Below are positions 29,326 to 37,127 of a stretch of 64,000 nt of DNA, piece by piece. The stretch is from a virus. The stretch lies in IMG/VR virus record IMGVR_UViG_3300032236_000443, positions 34,100 through 98,099 of that record; one strand, given 5' to 3'. A program made the position numbers and the translations under genes. The notes beneath the pieces are model-generated. The model did no database searches, was not told the origin of the DNA, and was given only the letters and a program-made list of their open reading frames with translations. How positions within the stretch are numbered: the stretch's first letter is position 1; each line of letters opens with the position of its first letter.

Positions 29326-29502
29326 ATGCCTAAGTATCAATACGCTTGTATCAACTGCGATAAGGACTACGAAAAAGAGCGTAGCATCCACGATGCAGAA
29401 CCTAAGTATGTCTGCGACGATTGCGGCTACGCTCTTCAACGAGTCTTTACATCCTTTGGCCTTCAGTTCAAAGGCTCAGGATTTTACTCAACTGGAAATT
29501 AG
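29326..29502 (+). CDS. FmdB-family zinc ribbon protein
   Basis: MPKYQYACINC...CDDCG..LQRVF...FKGSGFYSTG. Confidence 0.85.
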   Translation: MPKYQYACINCDKDYEKERSIHDAEPKYVCDDCGYALQRVFTSFGLQFKGSGFYSTGN

Positions 29503-29891
29503 TTGTAGTTAGGGTCTGCAGGAACCTCTGGTTCTGCAGGTGCTGCTGGTGCAGCAGGTGTAACTACTGAAGTTCCACCTTGTGCTGAGATAACGATATC
29601 TTGACCAGTCTGCTTTGCTTCGACCTGTAGGTCTGCTGCAGTCTTGGAGTTAACATCAACTGCTGCAAATGCTGCGTTGATTTCATCCATGTCAAGTTTT
29701 CCGTCATTCATAAAGCCACGAGCAAGTTTCTCAACTACTGCGGCAACTGCGGTAAGTCCAGCAACTGAAACTGCTTTGACAACAGAGATACCTGCTACAG
29801 AACCAGCACCAATTACTGATAGGCCTGAAGCGGCAAACACTGCGACAATACGCAAAAGGATGTTGCCAAATAACTTAAGTCCGTCTTTCAT
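29499..29891 (-). CDS. two-TM membrane protein, holin candidate
   Basis: Two hydrophobic helices then DGKLDMDEINAAF. Confidence 0.5.
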   Translation of the reverse strand: MKDGLKLFGNILLRIVAVFAASGLSVIGAGSVAGISVVKAVSVAGLTAVAAVVEKLARGFMNDGKLDMDEINAAFAAVDVNSKTAADLQVEAKQTGQDIVISAQGGTSVVTPAAPAAPAEPEVPADPNYN

Positions 29892-30036
29892 TCTTCTTTA
29901 CTCCGTTCGATAGATTTCCGAAGTTGTGTCGAACGGTCACGATTACGTTTTGTGCGCCTGTCATTGAATATGGGTGCAGTTTGATTAACCTTTACTTCAG
30001 CACGTGCTTGAACGTACTTAGGTTGTTTTGGTTTAG

Positions 30037-30399
30037 TCATTTGACCCTCTTAGCCTTGATGCCCTCGCTACGTAACATTTTAACATTAGAAGGCTTATCG
30101 TCATAGGCTTTCTCAACCTTATATTTGCCCTTAATCTTCTTCTCGAACTGGTCTTTCTTTTCAACCGAGTCTTTGCGCTTATCACCTTTGGGACGCATGA
30201 TTAGAGCGTCGTCAGGGATATTGTTGCTTCTCAAGAAGTCTTTGGTGCTCTTACGCTGGTCTGAAGCACGGGAAGTAAGGACGAGAACTTTCTCGCCCTT
30301 CTTCTTGTCCTTGCGTGCTTTGTCAGCAATTGGCTTCTTTGTAAGAGTCTTATCTAAATCAAAGATTACTGCTTTAGGTTTAGAGGCCTTTTTCTTCAT
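30037..30399 (-). CDS. HAD-family (PNKP phosphatase-like) protein
   Basis: FDLDKTL, LTSR, LIMRP, K, AYDD motifs I-IV. Confidence 0.8.
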   Translation of the reverse strand: MKKKASKPKAVIFDLDKTLTKKPIADKARKDKKKGEKVLVLTSRASDQRKSTKDFLRSNNIPDDALIMRPKGDKRKDSVEKKDQFEKKIKGKYKVEKAYDDKPSNVKMLRSEGIKAKRVK

Positions 30400-30719
30400 T
30401 ACTCAAGTATGACGCCATTTTCAGGATTCGTCTCAAGAACCGATGGGTCAACCCCACGAATGACGACAGTAGTAAGTGGAACACCAGACTGAACAACAGC
30501 ACTAAGACGATGCTGTCCGTTAAGGAGTCGTCCGTTTGAATCGAAGATGAGGGCTTTTCCATTGAGCCTCCATTTTCCATCCTGCATCTCGTTCTTGTAA
30601 GCATCAACTTTCTTCTGCTTTATTTTTCGGTGCATAGCGTTGTTAGTTAGATACGCTTGTGCTTCTTCTGGGTTAATTACGTCTACTGTAACTGTTAGTC
30701 CGAAATCTTCTGGATTCAT
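30399..30719 (-). CDS. ParB/Srx-like N-terminal domain protein
   Basis: GKWRLNG...FDSNGRLLNGQHRLSA. Confidence 0.65.
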   Translation of the reverse strand: MNPEDFGLTVTVDVINPEEAQAYLTNNAMHRKIKQKKVDAYKNEMQDGKWRLNGKALIFDSNGRLLNGQHRLSAVVQSGVPLTTVVIRGVDPSVLETNPENGVILE

Positions 30720-31025
30720 TTAGTCTGCCTGTATTCCCATCGCTTCTAGGTATGCGTCTTTTTCTGCCATTAGGAACGTCTCGATTTCACTTTGACGTTC
30801 TTTAATCATTTCTTCTGTTTTAGTAATCACTTCTTCTTCTAATTCTTCCTTGTGTTCGCTGTACTGCTCTACTGCGTAGTCCAATACTGATTGAAAACCA
30901 GCAGCCTTAATCTGAGCATTTGTCCAACGCTCTTCTGCTGCATGGCGCTTTTTTTCTAGAATAGTCTCTAGTTGAAGGGCTTTGCGCTCTTCTATCTTCT
31001 TCTGACGATTTGATGTGTATTCCAT
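30720..31025 (-). CDS. acidic coiled-coil hypothetical protein
   Basis: 101-aa ORF; possible leaderless start. Confidence 0.6.
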   Translation of the reverse strand: MEYTSNRQKKIEERKALQLETILEKKRHAAEERWTNAQIKAAGFQSVLDYAVEQYSEHKEELEEEVITKTEEMIKERQSEIETFLMAEKDAYLEAMGIQAD

Positions 31026-31042
31026 GTCTTGACCCTATCAGA

Positions 31043-31594
31043 TTACTTGTATTGCTCCATAGTTAGTAAAGGTCCTGATGAGTAGACACTAAACTTAATT
31101 GCGGCTTCTACCGCTTCTTCAGGGGTAGCACCCATGTACAAAGCGCCCAATGCGTACTCTGCCCCAGAACCTACGGCATACCAATTCTCATCGGTACGGC
31201 AGACTGAGAGGTCATCGCCAATATCAAAGAGTTCTCCACCTACTGCGATGAGGAAGTGGAAGCGTTGTTCTCCGTCATCCTTACCTTCACCCTTACTTTC
31301 GTTGAAGTCATAACCATTATCGGTTAAACACTTTCTCATAGAAGGCATAGCCTTAGTAATGATAAAGTGATAAATGTCTTTTTTAGCAGTTGCAGTTAAC
31401 TTAGGTGGATTCCAGAAGTGCTGGACGATATCGCACGGACTTACCTCACCACTGCCTGCAATTATGAAGTCGCCTCTTTCAGCAATCTTCTTCATGTCAG
31501 GATGGTTGAAACGGCGACCATGCTCATCAGTTACTTGGTTATCAGCAACAATGACGCATTTATCTGTGTATTGCACTCCAACGATTGTGGTCAT
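31043..31594 (-). CDS. HslV/proteasome beta-subunit-like Ntn protease
   Basis: M-TTIVGV (Thr1), ADNQVT, KKI, AGSG, AVGSGAEYALGAL, SVYSSG. Confidence 0.85.
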   Translation of the reverse strand: MTTIVGVQYTDKCVIVADNQVTDEHGRRFNHPDMKKIAERGDFIIAGSGEVSPCDIVQHFWNPPKLTATAKKDIYHFIITKAMPSMRKCLTDNGYDFNESKGEGKDDGEQRFHFLIAVGGELFDIGDDLSVCRTDENWYAVGSGAEYALGALYMGATPEEAVEAAIKFSVYSSGPLLTMEQYK

Positions 31595-31613
31595 ATCCGC
31601 TCCTTGATAGAAG

Positions 31614-31646
31614 AACCCCCCTAGCCTACCAGAGGCTAGAGGGGTT
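31614..31646. terminator. stem-loop after endolysin
   Basis: AACCCCCCTAGCCT...AGGCTAGAGGGGTT. Confidence 0.6.
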
Positions 31647-31661
31647 GTGTTCGATGTCCGA

Positions 31662-32474
31662 TTAGTCCAAATGCTTCATAATCTCTGTCCAAGTAGCAGG
31701 ACCTACGATTCCGTTAGAATCTAGGTGGTCATGGCTGTCTTGGATAGCAATAATCGCTTTTTTTGTGGCGGGACCGTAGTCGCCGTCAGCATCAAGGTCA
31801 AGCGCTTGCTGAATCAACTTAACGCCATCGTTCTTATCGCCAGGCTTAATTTGACCTGGGAATGGTGGAACTGCCTTTGGAGCAGCAGGAGTTGCTGGGT
31901 GTGAGTCTGTGGCAGCGTCAGCATAGTCTGGGCGGCCGAATCCGACGATAGAAGCCCAGAGGTGACGCTTGTTATCCACCTTGTAGCCACGGACGTTCAT
32001 AGCGCATTCTCCGCCGTTATTAGGGGAACCCTTTGGCTTTGAGTCAGGAGTGGTGTTTCCTTCTACAGTTGTGACTGTGCCGTCTCCATTGTCCTTGACT
32101 ACGATGCCAACGTGCTGGATTGGGCTAGAAGGAAGTGCATGAGGGATAAATGAGAAGTAAACCAAGTCTCCTGGTTGTGGGTGAGCAACTGCTGCGTCTG
32201 CCCACTTGCCAGCCTTCTTAAATGCTGCAGCACCTGTTGGGGTGTAAACAGTGTTAGGAATCTTTACGCCAGCCTTGTTAGCGCACCACATCATGAGCGA
32301 ACCGCACCATGCTTGGAAATTAGCGCCAGTGAAAGCGCCGTAGATTGTCTCGTTGTCCTTTGGACCTTCGATAACGCCAACCTGTGACTTAGCAACTTCG
32401 AGCATACGTGCTGCTGTACCTGGTTGTGCGGTTGTTACTGGAGGAACTGGATTTCCTACATTACCTAATGCCAT
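31662..32474 (-). CDS. endolysin: CHAP domain plus peptidoglycan-binding domain
   Basis: AWCGS, QPGDLV, HVGIV, TVEGNT; DGDYGPAT / NGIVGPATW. Confidence 0.9.
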   Translation of the reverse strand: MALGNVGNPVPPVTTAQPGTAARMLEVAKSQVGVIEGPKDNETIYGAFTGANFQAWCGSLMMWCANKAGVKIPNTVYTPTGAAAFKKAGKWADAAVAHPQPGDLVYFSFIPHALPSSPIQHVGIVVKDNGDGTVTTVEGNTTPDSKPKGSPNNGGECAMNVRGYKVDNKRHLWASIVGFGRPDYADAATDSHPATPAAPKAVPPFPGQIKPGDKNDGVKLIQQALDLDADGDYGPATKKAIIAIQDSHDHLDSNGIVGPATWTEIMKHLD

Positions 32475-32759
32475 TTACTTCTTCTTTCTGTTTTGGTTAC
32501 CCTTACCAATATTTTTGGAGGCTTTCATTACTTGAAGGTTCTTTGAACTTTCATTCTTCTTGTTGTTGTCCTTATGGTCCACATGCTCGTCCTTAGACAA
32601 CTTTCGCCCTAATTCTTTTTCCTTCTTATCACGAGCAGCGTTCTTGCTCGTCATCTTTTGGGTCTTTGGGTCATACTCGACCACAATCTTGCGACCACCG
32701 TTTTGCTTGCTGCCCTTATAGGGACCGTAGGTCTTTTTTGCCTTTGACGGTAAAGTCAT
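32475..32759 (-). CDS. small HNH-motif protein
   Basis: EHVDHKDNNKKN...NLQVM..SKN. Confidence 0.75.
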   Translation of the reverse strand: MTLPSKAKKTYGPYKGSKQNGGRKIVVEYDPKTQKMTSKNAARDKKEKELGRKLSKDEHVDHKDNNKKNESSKNLQVMKASKNIGKGNQNRKKK

Positions 32760-32851
32760 TTGTATTCCCTTTCAGAACAGACGCATGTGCAAGCGTCATC
32801 CGTGCAGATGCCGTATTCAATCTCGTGGTTGCACTTAACGCATTTAGACAT
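32756..32851 (-). CDS. 31-aa Cys-rich microprotein
   Basis: MSKCVKCNHEIEYGICTDDACTCVCSEREYK; overlaps both neighbours. Confidence 0.5.
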   Translation of the reverse strand: MSKCVKCNHEIEYGICTDDACTCVCSEREYK

Positions 32852-32975
32852 TACTTAATCTTTCCTTGGCCTCGTCGTGATGCTTCTTTTCGCATCCACG
32901 AGCCAAACTGCTGACTACGTAATACTTTCCGCATACTTTGCATTGCCACGCATCGTAACGATGGTTCGTTTGCAT
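32844..32975 (-). CDS. 43-aa zinc-finger microprotein
   Basis: WQCKVCGKYYVVSSLARGCEKKH; GATAAT 7 nt upstream. Confidence 0.6.
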   Translation of the reverse strand: MQTNHRYDAWQCKVCGKYYVVSSLARGCEKKHHDEAKERLSNV

Positions 32976-33012
32976 TAAGCCTATTATCGCAAAGACGGGT
33001 CAGAGAGGAGGC

Positions 33013-33375
33013 CTATTCGTCCCAGAGAGTTTCTTCTAGTGCTTGGTCAGCATCAATTACATACTGTCTAGGAACTTGCACATACCATCCAACCTGTTGA
33101 ATACGGCGAAGTGAGTCAACAGCAGGGCTCACCCTTATCTCTGGGATACCTTCCCATCCAGGAAAGTTTTCAGCCTTTGCTTTGAAGAAATCATCTAACG
33201 CCATTTGGTAAACAGTTTTTACAGTAATGTCGTTAATTGCAATAGCAGAAACGGATATGTCAAATGCTTTCCCAAACTCAACTACATCTGGGAAAGGGAT
33301 TGTGTGGGTACCTGTTGAGGTAGTGACAGTAGGGTTGTTGTAGCCACTTGTGTTTGTTGTGTAAATGTTACTCAT
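33013..33375 (-). CDS. hypothetical protein (C-terminal EETLWDE)
   Basis: 120-aa coupled ORF. Confidence 0.6.
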   Translation of the reverse strand: MSNIYTTNTSGYNNPTVTTSTGTHTIPFPDVVEFGKAFDISVSAIAINDITVKTVYQMALDDFFKAKAENFPGWEGIPEIRVSPAVDSLRRIQQVGWYVQVPRQYVIDADQALEETLWDE

Positions 33376-33580
33376 CCCACAAACTATCTTCGAACATCTG
33401 GTCCTCTTTGGTCCATTCCTTCTTTTTGTACATCTTCTCGTAATCTTTGGATGGGTAACCAGTAATGTTAGGAATGCGGTGTGGATTCTTTTCTGTCTTT
33501 GAAATCTCCTTCATGGTATGGACATGATGCTCATACTCTTTGATGGACTTGTAATCATTGGAGAATTGCTTAGTGTTCAT
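33368..33580 (-). CDS. hypothetical protein (MNTKQF...EDSLWDE)
   Basis: Start adjusted to the ATG just after the upstream stop. Confidence 0.55.
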   Translation of the reverse strand: MNTKQFSNDYKSIKEYEHHVHTMKEISKTEKNPHRIPNITGYPSKDYEKMYKKKEWTKEDQMFEDSLWDE

Positions 33581-33581
33581 A

Positions 33582-33728
33582 TTACTTACCTTCATTTATC
33601 TTCTCTTGTGTCTCACGGACAAGGTTCTCTAGGATAGAGAGTTGCATGGCTAGATAGACTTCCTTTTCAAAGGGAATATCTACATAGCGGACAAAGGGTT
33701 TGCGGATTTCATAGCGACCAAGTTTCAT
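33582..33728 (-). CDS. small hypothetical protein (not in ORF track)
   Basis: MKLGRYEIRKPFVRYVDIPFEKEVYLAMQ...; TAGGTT 6 nt upstream. Confidence 0.5.
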   Translation of the reverse strand: MKLGRYEIRKPFVRYVDIPFEKEVYLAMQLSILENLVRETQEKINEGK

Positions 33729-33785
33729 GCCCATAACCTATACCCAAGGGTTTCGAAACACAACTTGGTGTGGTAGGTTCTTCCC

Positions 33786-34166
33786 ATGCCATACAAAGAC
33801 CCAGATGTCCGCAAGGCCTATCAAAAGGCTTACTCCAACAATCACTACGAGGCTAACAAGGAAATCTACAAGTCTCGAAGCGCCGCCTACAACATCAAGG
33901 CCCGCAAGCGCAACGCAGAGTACATCCAAAACATCAAGTCCAATACGCCATGTACAGACTGCGGCAAGAAGTATCCCTACTACGTCATGCAGTTTGACCA
34001 CATCTATGAGAAGAACGGCGCAGTAGCAGACTTGGCACGAGCATCTGTCTCCATCGCTCGACTACAGAGAGAGATTGATGGTTGCGAATTAGTGTGCTCT
34101 AACTGCCATGCGGAACGCACATACTCACGCAAGTTTGATGATGAAGGACTAAGTGAATGGATTTAG
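33786..34166 (+). CDS. HNH endonuclease-like protein
   Basis: CTDCG...MQFDH...CELVCSNCHAERT. Confidence 0.8.
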   Translation: MPYKDPDVRKAYQKAYSNNHYEANKEIYKSRSAAYNIKARKRNAEYIQNIKSNTPCTDCGKKYPYYVMQFDHIYEKNGAVADLARASVSIARLQREIDGCELVCSNCHAERTYSRKFDDEGLSEWI

Positions 34167-34170
34167 CACA

Positions 34171-34208
34171 AAGCCCCTGCAACGTATTCGCCGTATAAAC
34201 AGGGGCTA
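34171..34208. terminator. hairpin between convergent HNH gene and tRNA transcript
   Basis: AGCCCCTG...CAGGGGCT, followed by TTGT on the minus strand. Confidence 0.55.
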
Positions 34209-34215
34209 AGGCTAC

Positions 34216-34246
34216 AGGTGTTTTTAACGACGTGACCTAGGTCGGA
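34216..34246 (-). ncRNA. putative H-type pseudoknot, copy 1
   Basis: UC-CGAC-CU-AGGU-CAC-GUCG-UUAAAAAC-ACCU; covaries with copy 2. Confidence 0.65.
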
Positions 34247-34291
34247 GAGGTTTGCACACTGGTACGCCACTCTCAAGTAAAACTATACACG

Positions 34292-34362
34292 CTCCCTGGC
34301 CTGGATTCGAACCAAGATAACCACCTCCAAAGGGTGGCGTCCTACCGTTAGACGACCTGGGA
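34292..34362 (-). tRNA. tRNA-Gln(TTG)
   Basis: Cloverleaf: CCACC-CTTTGGA-GGTGG anticodon arm, GGTTCGAATCC T-arm; A5-A68 mismatch; CCA not encoded. Confidence 0.9.
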
Positions 34363-34516
34363 TTGGTTGGCAGCCACGGTTAAGCCTGCTGCCTGTTACC
34401 ACCTAGTGAGTTAGCAGAGCAATCTCCATCGGCCTGAACACCTTCGTATGATGCGCTCACAGGTTAGGTTTCAGTGGTAACGAACTTGTACAAGTTGTTC
34501 AGACTCATACTTCGTG

Positions 34517-34589
34517 CTGGTCTGGGAGGGCTCGAACCTCCGACTTAGGCATTAACAGTGCCTCACTCTGCCAACTGAGTTACAGACCA
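34517..34589 (-). tRNA. tRNA-Asn(GTT)
   Basis: TGGTCTG/CAGACCA acceptor, AGGCA-CTGTTAA-TGCCT, GGTTCGAGCC; CCA not encoded. Confidence 0.93.
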
Positions 34590-34593
34590 TAGT

Positions 34594-34624
34594 GGGCGTT
34601 TTTAACGTCGAAGCCCAAGACGGA
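34594..34624 (-). ncRNA. putative H-type pseudoknot, copy 2
   Basis: UC-CGUC-UU-GGGC-UUC-GACG-UUAAAAAC-GCCC; ends 4 nt before tRNA-Asn. Confidence 0.65.
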
Positions 34625-34692
34625 AGATAGGCGCTTTAAGTTTGCACACTCAAAGCATTCTGCAGGCATAGTGCACTAGCCCACCTTCTTCG

Positions 34693-34763
34693 CAGAGTCT
34701 CTAGGAGTCGAACCTAGGCTTACCGCTTTGGAGACGGCAGTGCTTCCGTAACACTTAGACCCT
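34693..34763 (-). tRNA. tRNA-Trp(CCA)
   Basis: AGGGTCT/AGACTCT acceptor, GCCGT-CTCCAAA-GCGGT, GGTTCGACTCC; 3' CCA not encoded. Confidence 0.9.
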
Positions 34764-34767
34764 TTAT

Positions 34768-34801
34768 GCAGTTTTTGTAACGGACTCATACTGCCAACCG
34801 T
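34768..34801 (-). ncRNA. putative H-type pseudoknot, copy 3
   Basis: ACGG-UUG-GCAGU-AUGAGU-CCGU-UACAAAA-ACUGC; ends 4 nt before tRNA-Trp. Confidence 0.5.
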
Positions 34802-34806
34802 CAGGA

Positions 34807-35304
34807 CTAACCTATCATTGATTTATCGAACTGGTCTTGCGGAATACGCCACGAACCTTCAACCGCATACTTCCACTCATTATGCGGTGGAATCTCTTCC
34901 ATCTTTAACCAACCGAAGATTTCCACTTGCGAGTAGTAGTCACGGTCCAACACTCGTGCGCCAACAAGTAGCCACCCTGGACGAATGTCTTTAGGAAAGA
35001 CAGGTATCGCATCTTTAGTGCGGATGGTCTTGACTTCGATGTTTGTGCCTACCTCAGCAATGTCTTTGCGGTAGCCGTGCTCTGAGTTGGGGTAGAACGG
35101 GAAGGTGAATGACTTCTTGTACAACTTAGCCACTGCGTACTCAGCGACGATAGTTCTGACGTTGGCAGCAATCTCTGGCTCTAGTTTTGATTTATCCTTG
35201 TAATTGTCACGGTCTTCTGAACCCCACTTCATCATCCAGCGATTTAGCGCAGCATCGGCGCAGGCACGCACTTCCTCTTTAGTTAAATTGACGATGTGAC
35301 TCAT
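34807..35304 (-). CDS. hypothetical protein, possible PD-(D/E)XK-like fold
   Basis: AEYAVAK...IEVKT...FGW; resembles 35301..35825. Confidence 0.55.
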   Translation of the reverse strand: MSHIVNLTKEEVRACADAALNRWMMKWGSEDRDNYKDKSKLEPEIAANVRTIVAEYAVAKLYKKSFTFPFYPNSEHGYRKDIAEVGTNIEVKTIRTKDAIPVFPKDIRPGWLLVGARVLDRDYYSQVEIFGWLKMEEIPPHNEWKYAVEGSWRIPQDQFDKSMIG

Positions 35305-35825
35305 AACTCCTCCATTGAGTGTAACGACGCTCTAGGAACGTAAAACGTCTTGTTGTTGAAACGCCACGCCTCGTTTTTGCACTCGTGACCATACATCCAT
35401 CCTACAGCAACGTAAGGAGCGCCCTTCCAGTCAGGAGCAACACGGCGGGTCTTTTTTGCAAGCCCGCCCGCCAATAAAACGTACTTCAACTCTGGGTCAT
35501 CATGCGTTGTGAACCTCAAGCCTCGTATCTCATTGGTGTACTCAGGAAACTTTGGTGGAAAGGCATAGCGCACCTCGCCAAAGCCAGGGATATCTAACTC
35601 GGTCTTCCACTTGTTGACGTGTGGAACGAACTCGGTATCTCCCATCATGCGGGCAAAGGCCAATTCGCTACCTGCAGCAATCATGTGCTGCATAGACTCC
35701 CAGACATCTCCCTCTGAGTAGTTCATGTTCTTCTCAGGTTGTCCGAGATACGGTAGTTGTCTATCCCAACCTACTTGAGCGCAGATGGCTTCTTCTTCAA
35801 TTGTTAATGCGTATTCGGTAATCAT
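35301..35825 (-). CDS. hypothetical protein, probable paralog of 34807..35304
   Basis: LTIEEEAIC...SELAFAR...GEVRY...VGW. Confidence 0.55.
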   Translation of the reverse strand: MITEYALTIEEEAICAQVGWDRQLPYLGQPEKNMNYSEGDVWESMQHMIAAGSELAFARMMGDTEFVPHVNKWKTELDIPGFGEVRYAFPPKFPEYTNEIRGLRFTTHDDPELKYVLLAGGLAKKTRRVAPDWKGAPYVAVGWMYGHECKNEAWRFNNKTFYVPRASLHSMEEL

Positions 35826-35986
35826 TTGATGTCCTTTTCAATAGCCGTTACTGCTGCCTGTGCAATACAGAGGATGCAATTGCTTTTAGTACGGGGAGGT
35901 ACTTCCTCATGCCTCATGTGTGGACATAAACCGTGAAGCATACGAATGGCTTGCTCTGCCTTCTCAACCATCTGCTCGTGGGTCAT
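35822..35986 (-). CDS. 54-aa protein (MTHEQ...CILC...AIEKDIK; not in ORF track)
   Basis: ATGA-coupled on both sides. Confidence 0.55.
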   Translation of the reverse strand: MTHEQMVEKAEQAIRMLHGLCPHMRHEEVPPRTKSNCILCIAQAAVTAIEKDIK

Positions 35987-36183
35987 TCCAACTCCTTCTC
36001 AATAATCGTCACTGTTGGTAACCAAGTAGCAGGACTAAAGTACATATACTCCTTGCCACATCCACCACATTCCCAGAGGGAACCTAGACCTACAATGATA
36101 TACGGGCGTTGACGAGAGCCATTTGGGTAGTCACATTCGTGAACGGCCTTATTTTCTATCGGAACGATATGTGATAGCCCCAT
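35983..36183 (-). CDS. small zinc-binding protein
   Basis: HEC...WECGGCGK; ends IIEKELE. Confidence 0.55.
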   Translation of the reverse strand: MGLSHIVPIENKAVHECDYPNGSRQRPYIIVGLGSLWECGGCGKEYMYFSPATWLPTVTIIEKELE

Positions 36184-36407
36184 TACTTCAACTCTTTCTC
36201 TATGGCTTGAATAGTAGGGCAGGGATACGGCGTTAATAGGTCAGGGCAACAAGCCAAACAAACATCGCCTCTCTCGTCTAATGGCTCTGGCTTATGCAAT
36301 TCCACCACCGCACGAAGAGCGGAAGCGGAAGGTGTGGATGTCTTGATGCGATTCCATTTTCTTTTTGGTAAAGCATCAATCTTTGCCAGCAATTCTTCGT
36401 GAGTCAT
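36183..36407 (-). CDS. small phage protein (ALRAVVELHKP...C..C...YPCPT family)
   Basis: MTHEELLAKID...YPCPTIQAIEKELK. Confidence 0.7.
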   Translation of the reverse strand: MTHEELLAKIDALPKRKWNRIKTSTPSASALRAVVELHKPEPLDERGDVCLACCPDLLTPYPCPTIQAIEKELK

Positions 36408-36511
36408 TTGGTGTCCTTGCATCGTGGGCACTGCTTTGTGGGATTTGGTGTGCCGTCAGGGACGATGAACATCCCCCCGCACTTGTAACACAAGACTGTG
36501 AGGGTACTCAT
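36404..36511 (-). CDS. 35-aa zinc-ribbon microprotein
   Basis: CYKCGG...CPRC; ATGA-coupled. Confidence 0.55.
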   Translation of the reverse strand: MSTLTVLCYKCGGMFIVPDGTPNPTKQCPRCKDTK

Positions 36512-36753
36512 GCTGCGCTCCTTTGGTAACGTGGTCGGTGTTTCCAGATTCTTCTCTGCTTATCATTCATGCCACCCCAGATACCGTGGATGATGTTGTT
36601 ATCTATTGCGTATGTCAGACAGTCAAGTTGTACTGGGCATCCCATACATGTCTTCTTGGCGTACTCCGCCGTATCACCTTGTTCTGGAAAGAATGCATCT
36701 CCATCCGTTCCTGCACAACTAGCCTCTGCCATCCACTCTGGCGAGTTCCCCAT
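36508..36753 (-). CDS. whiB: WhiB-family transcription factor
   Basis: W...ASC...FFP...C..CPV..DCL...GIWGG. Confidence 0.93.
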   Translation of the reverse strand: MGNSPEWMAEASCAGTDGDAFFPEQGDTAEYAKKTCMGCPVQLDCLTYAIDNNIIHGIWGGMNDKQRRIWKHRPRYQRSAA

Positions 36754-36845
36754 TTCTTTCCCCCCTTGTAACCGCTATTTGATGATGTGAAGAATGATAA
36801 CCACTATCGTGACAATGCTCAACAGGGGCCAAAAGACTCTATCGC

Positions 36846-37127
36846 TCACGATTCCCACAACTCCTCTTCCTTATGCTGCTCTAATAGTTCAATATTGTGT
36901 TCTGTAACCGTAATAAAGACTTGGAAGCGGCGACCATCTTCCAAAATGACCTCATGCTCAATTTTGTAACCCTTGTTATTAGTTATTTCGACGATATCTT
37001 TATAGGTAACTTGTTCAGCAACGGTCTCTTTACCATCTGAGAACAAAATTATTGCTTTGCGGTTTGGTCCAAAGAAGAAAGTTTTACCATCTTGGGTGTA
37101 TCCAGCAGTATGTGGCTTTAGTTCCAT
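36846..37127 (-). CDS. hypothetical protein (C-terminal EEELWES)
   Basis: First leftward gene; GGAGGG RBS. Confidence 0.65.
   Translation of the reverse strand: MELKPHTAGYTQDGKTFFFGPNRKAIILFSDGKETVAEQVTYKDIVEITNNKGYKIEHEVILEDGRRFQVFITVTEHNIELLEQHKEEELWES

Noticed and set aside
32851-32943. Alternative frame MQSMRKVLRSQQFG as another QF-motif protein
   Set aside because: Overlaps a more convincing CxxC zinc-finger ORF in another frame
34170-34810. tmRNA (because of the PK1-like pseudoknots)
   Set aside because: No tRNA-Ala-like GGGG 5' end or matching T-arm/CCA 3' end, and no tag ORF; the pseudoknots are separated by ordinary tRNAs
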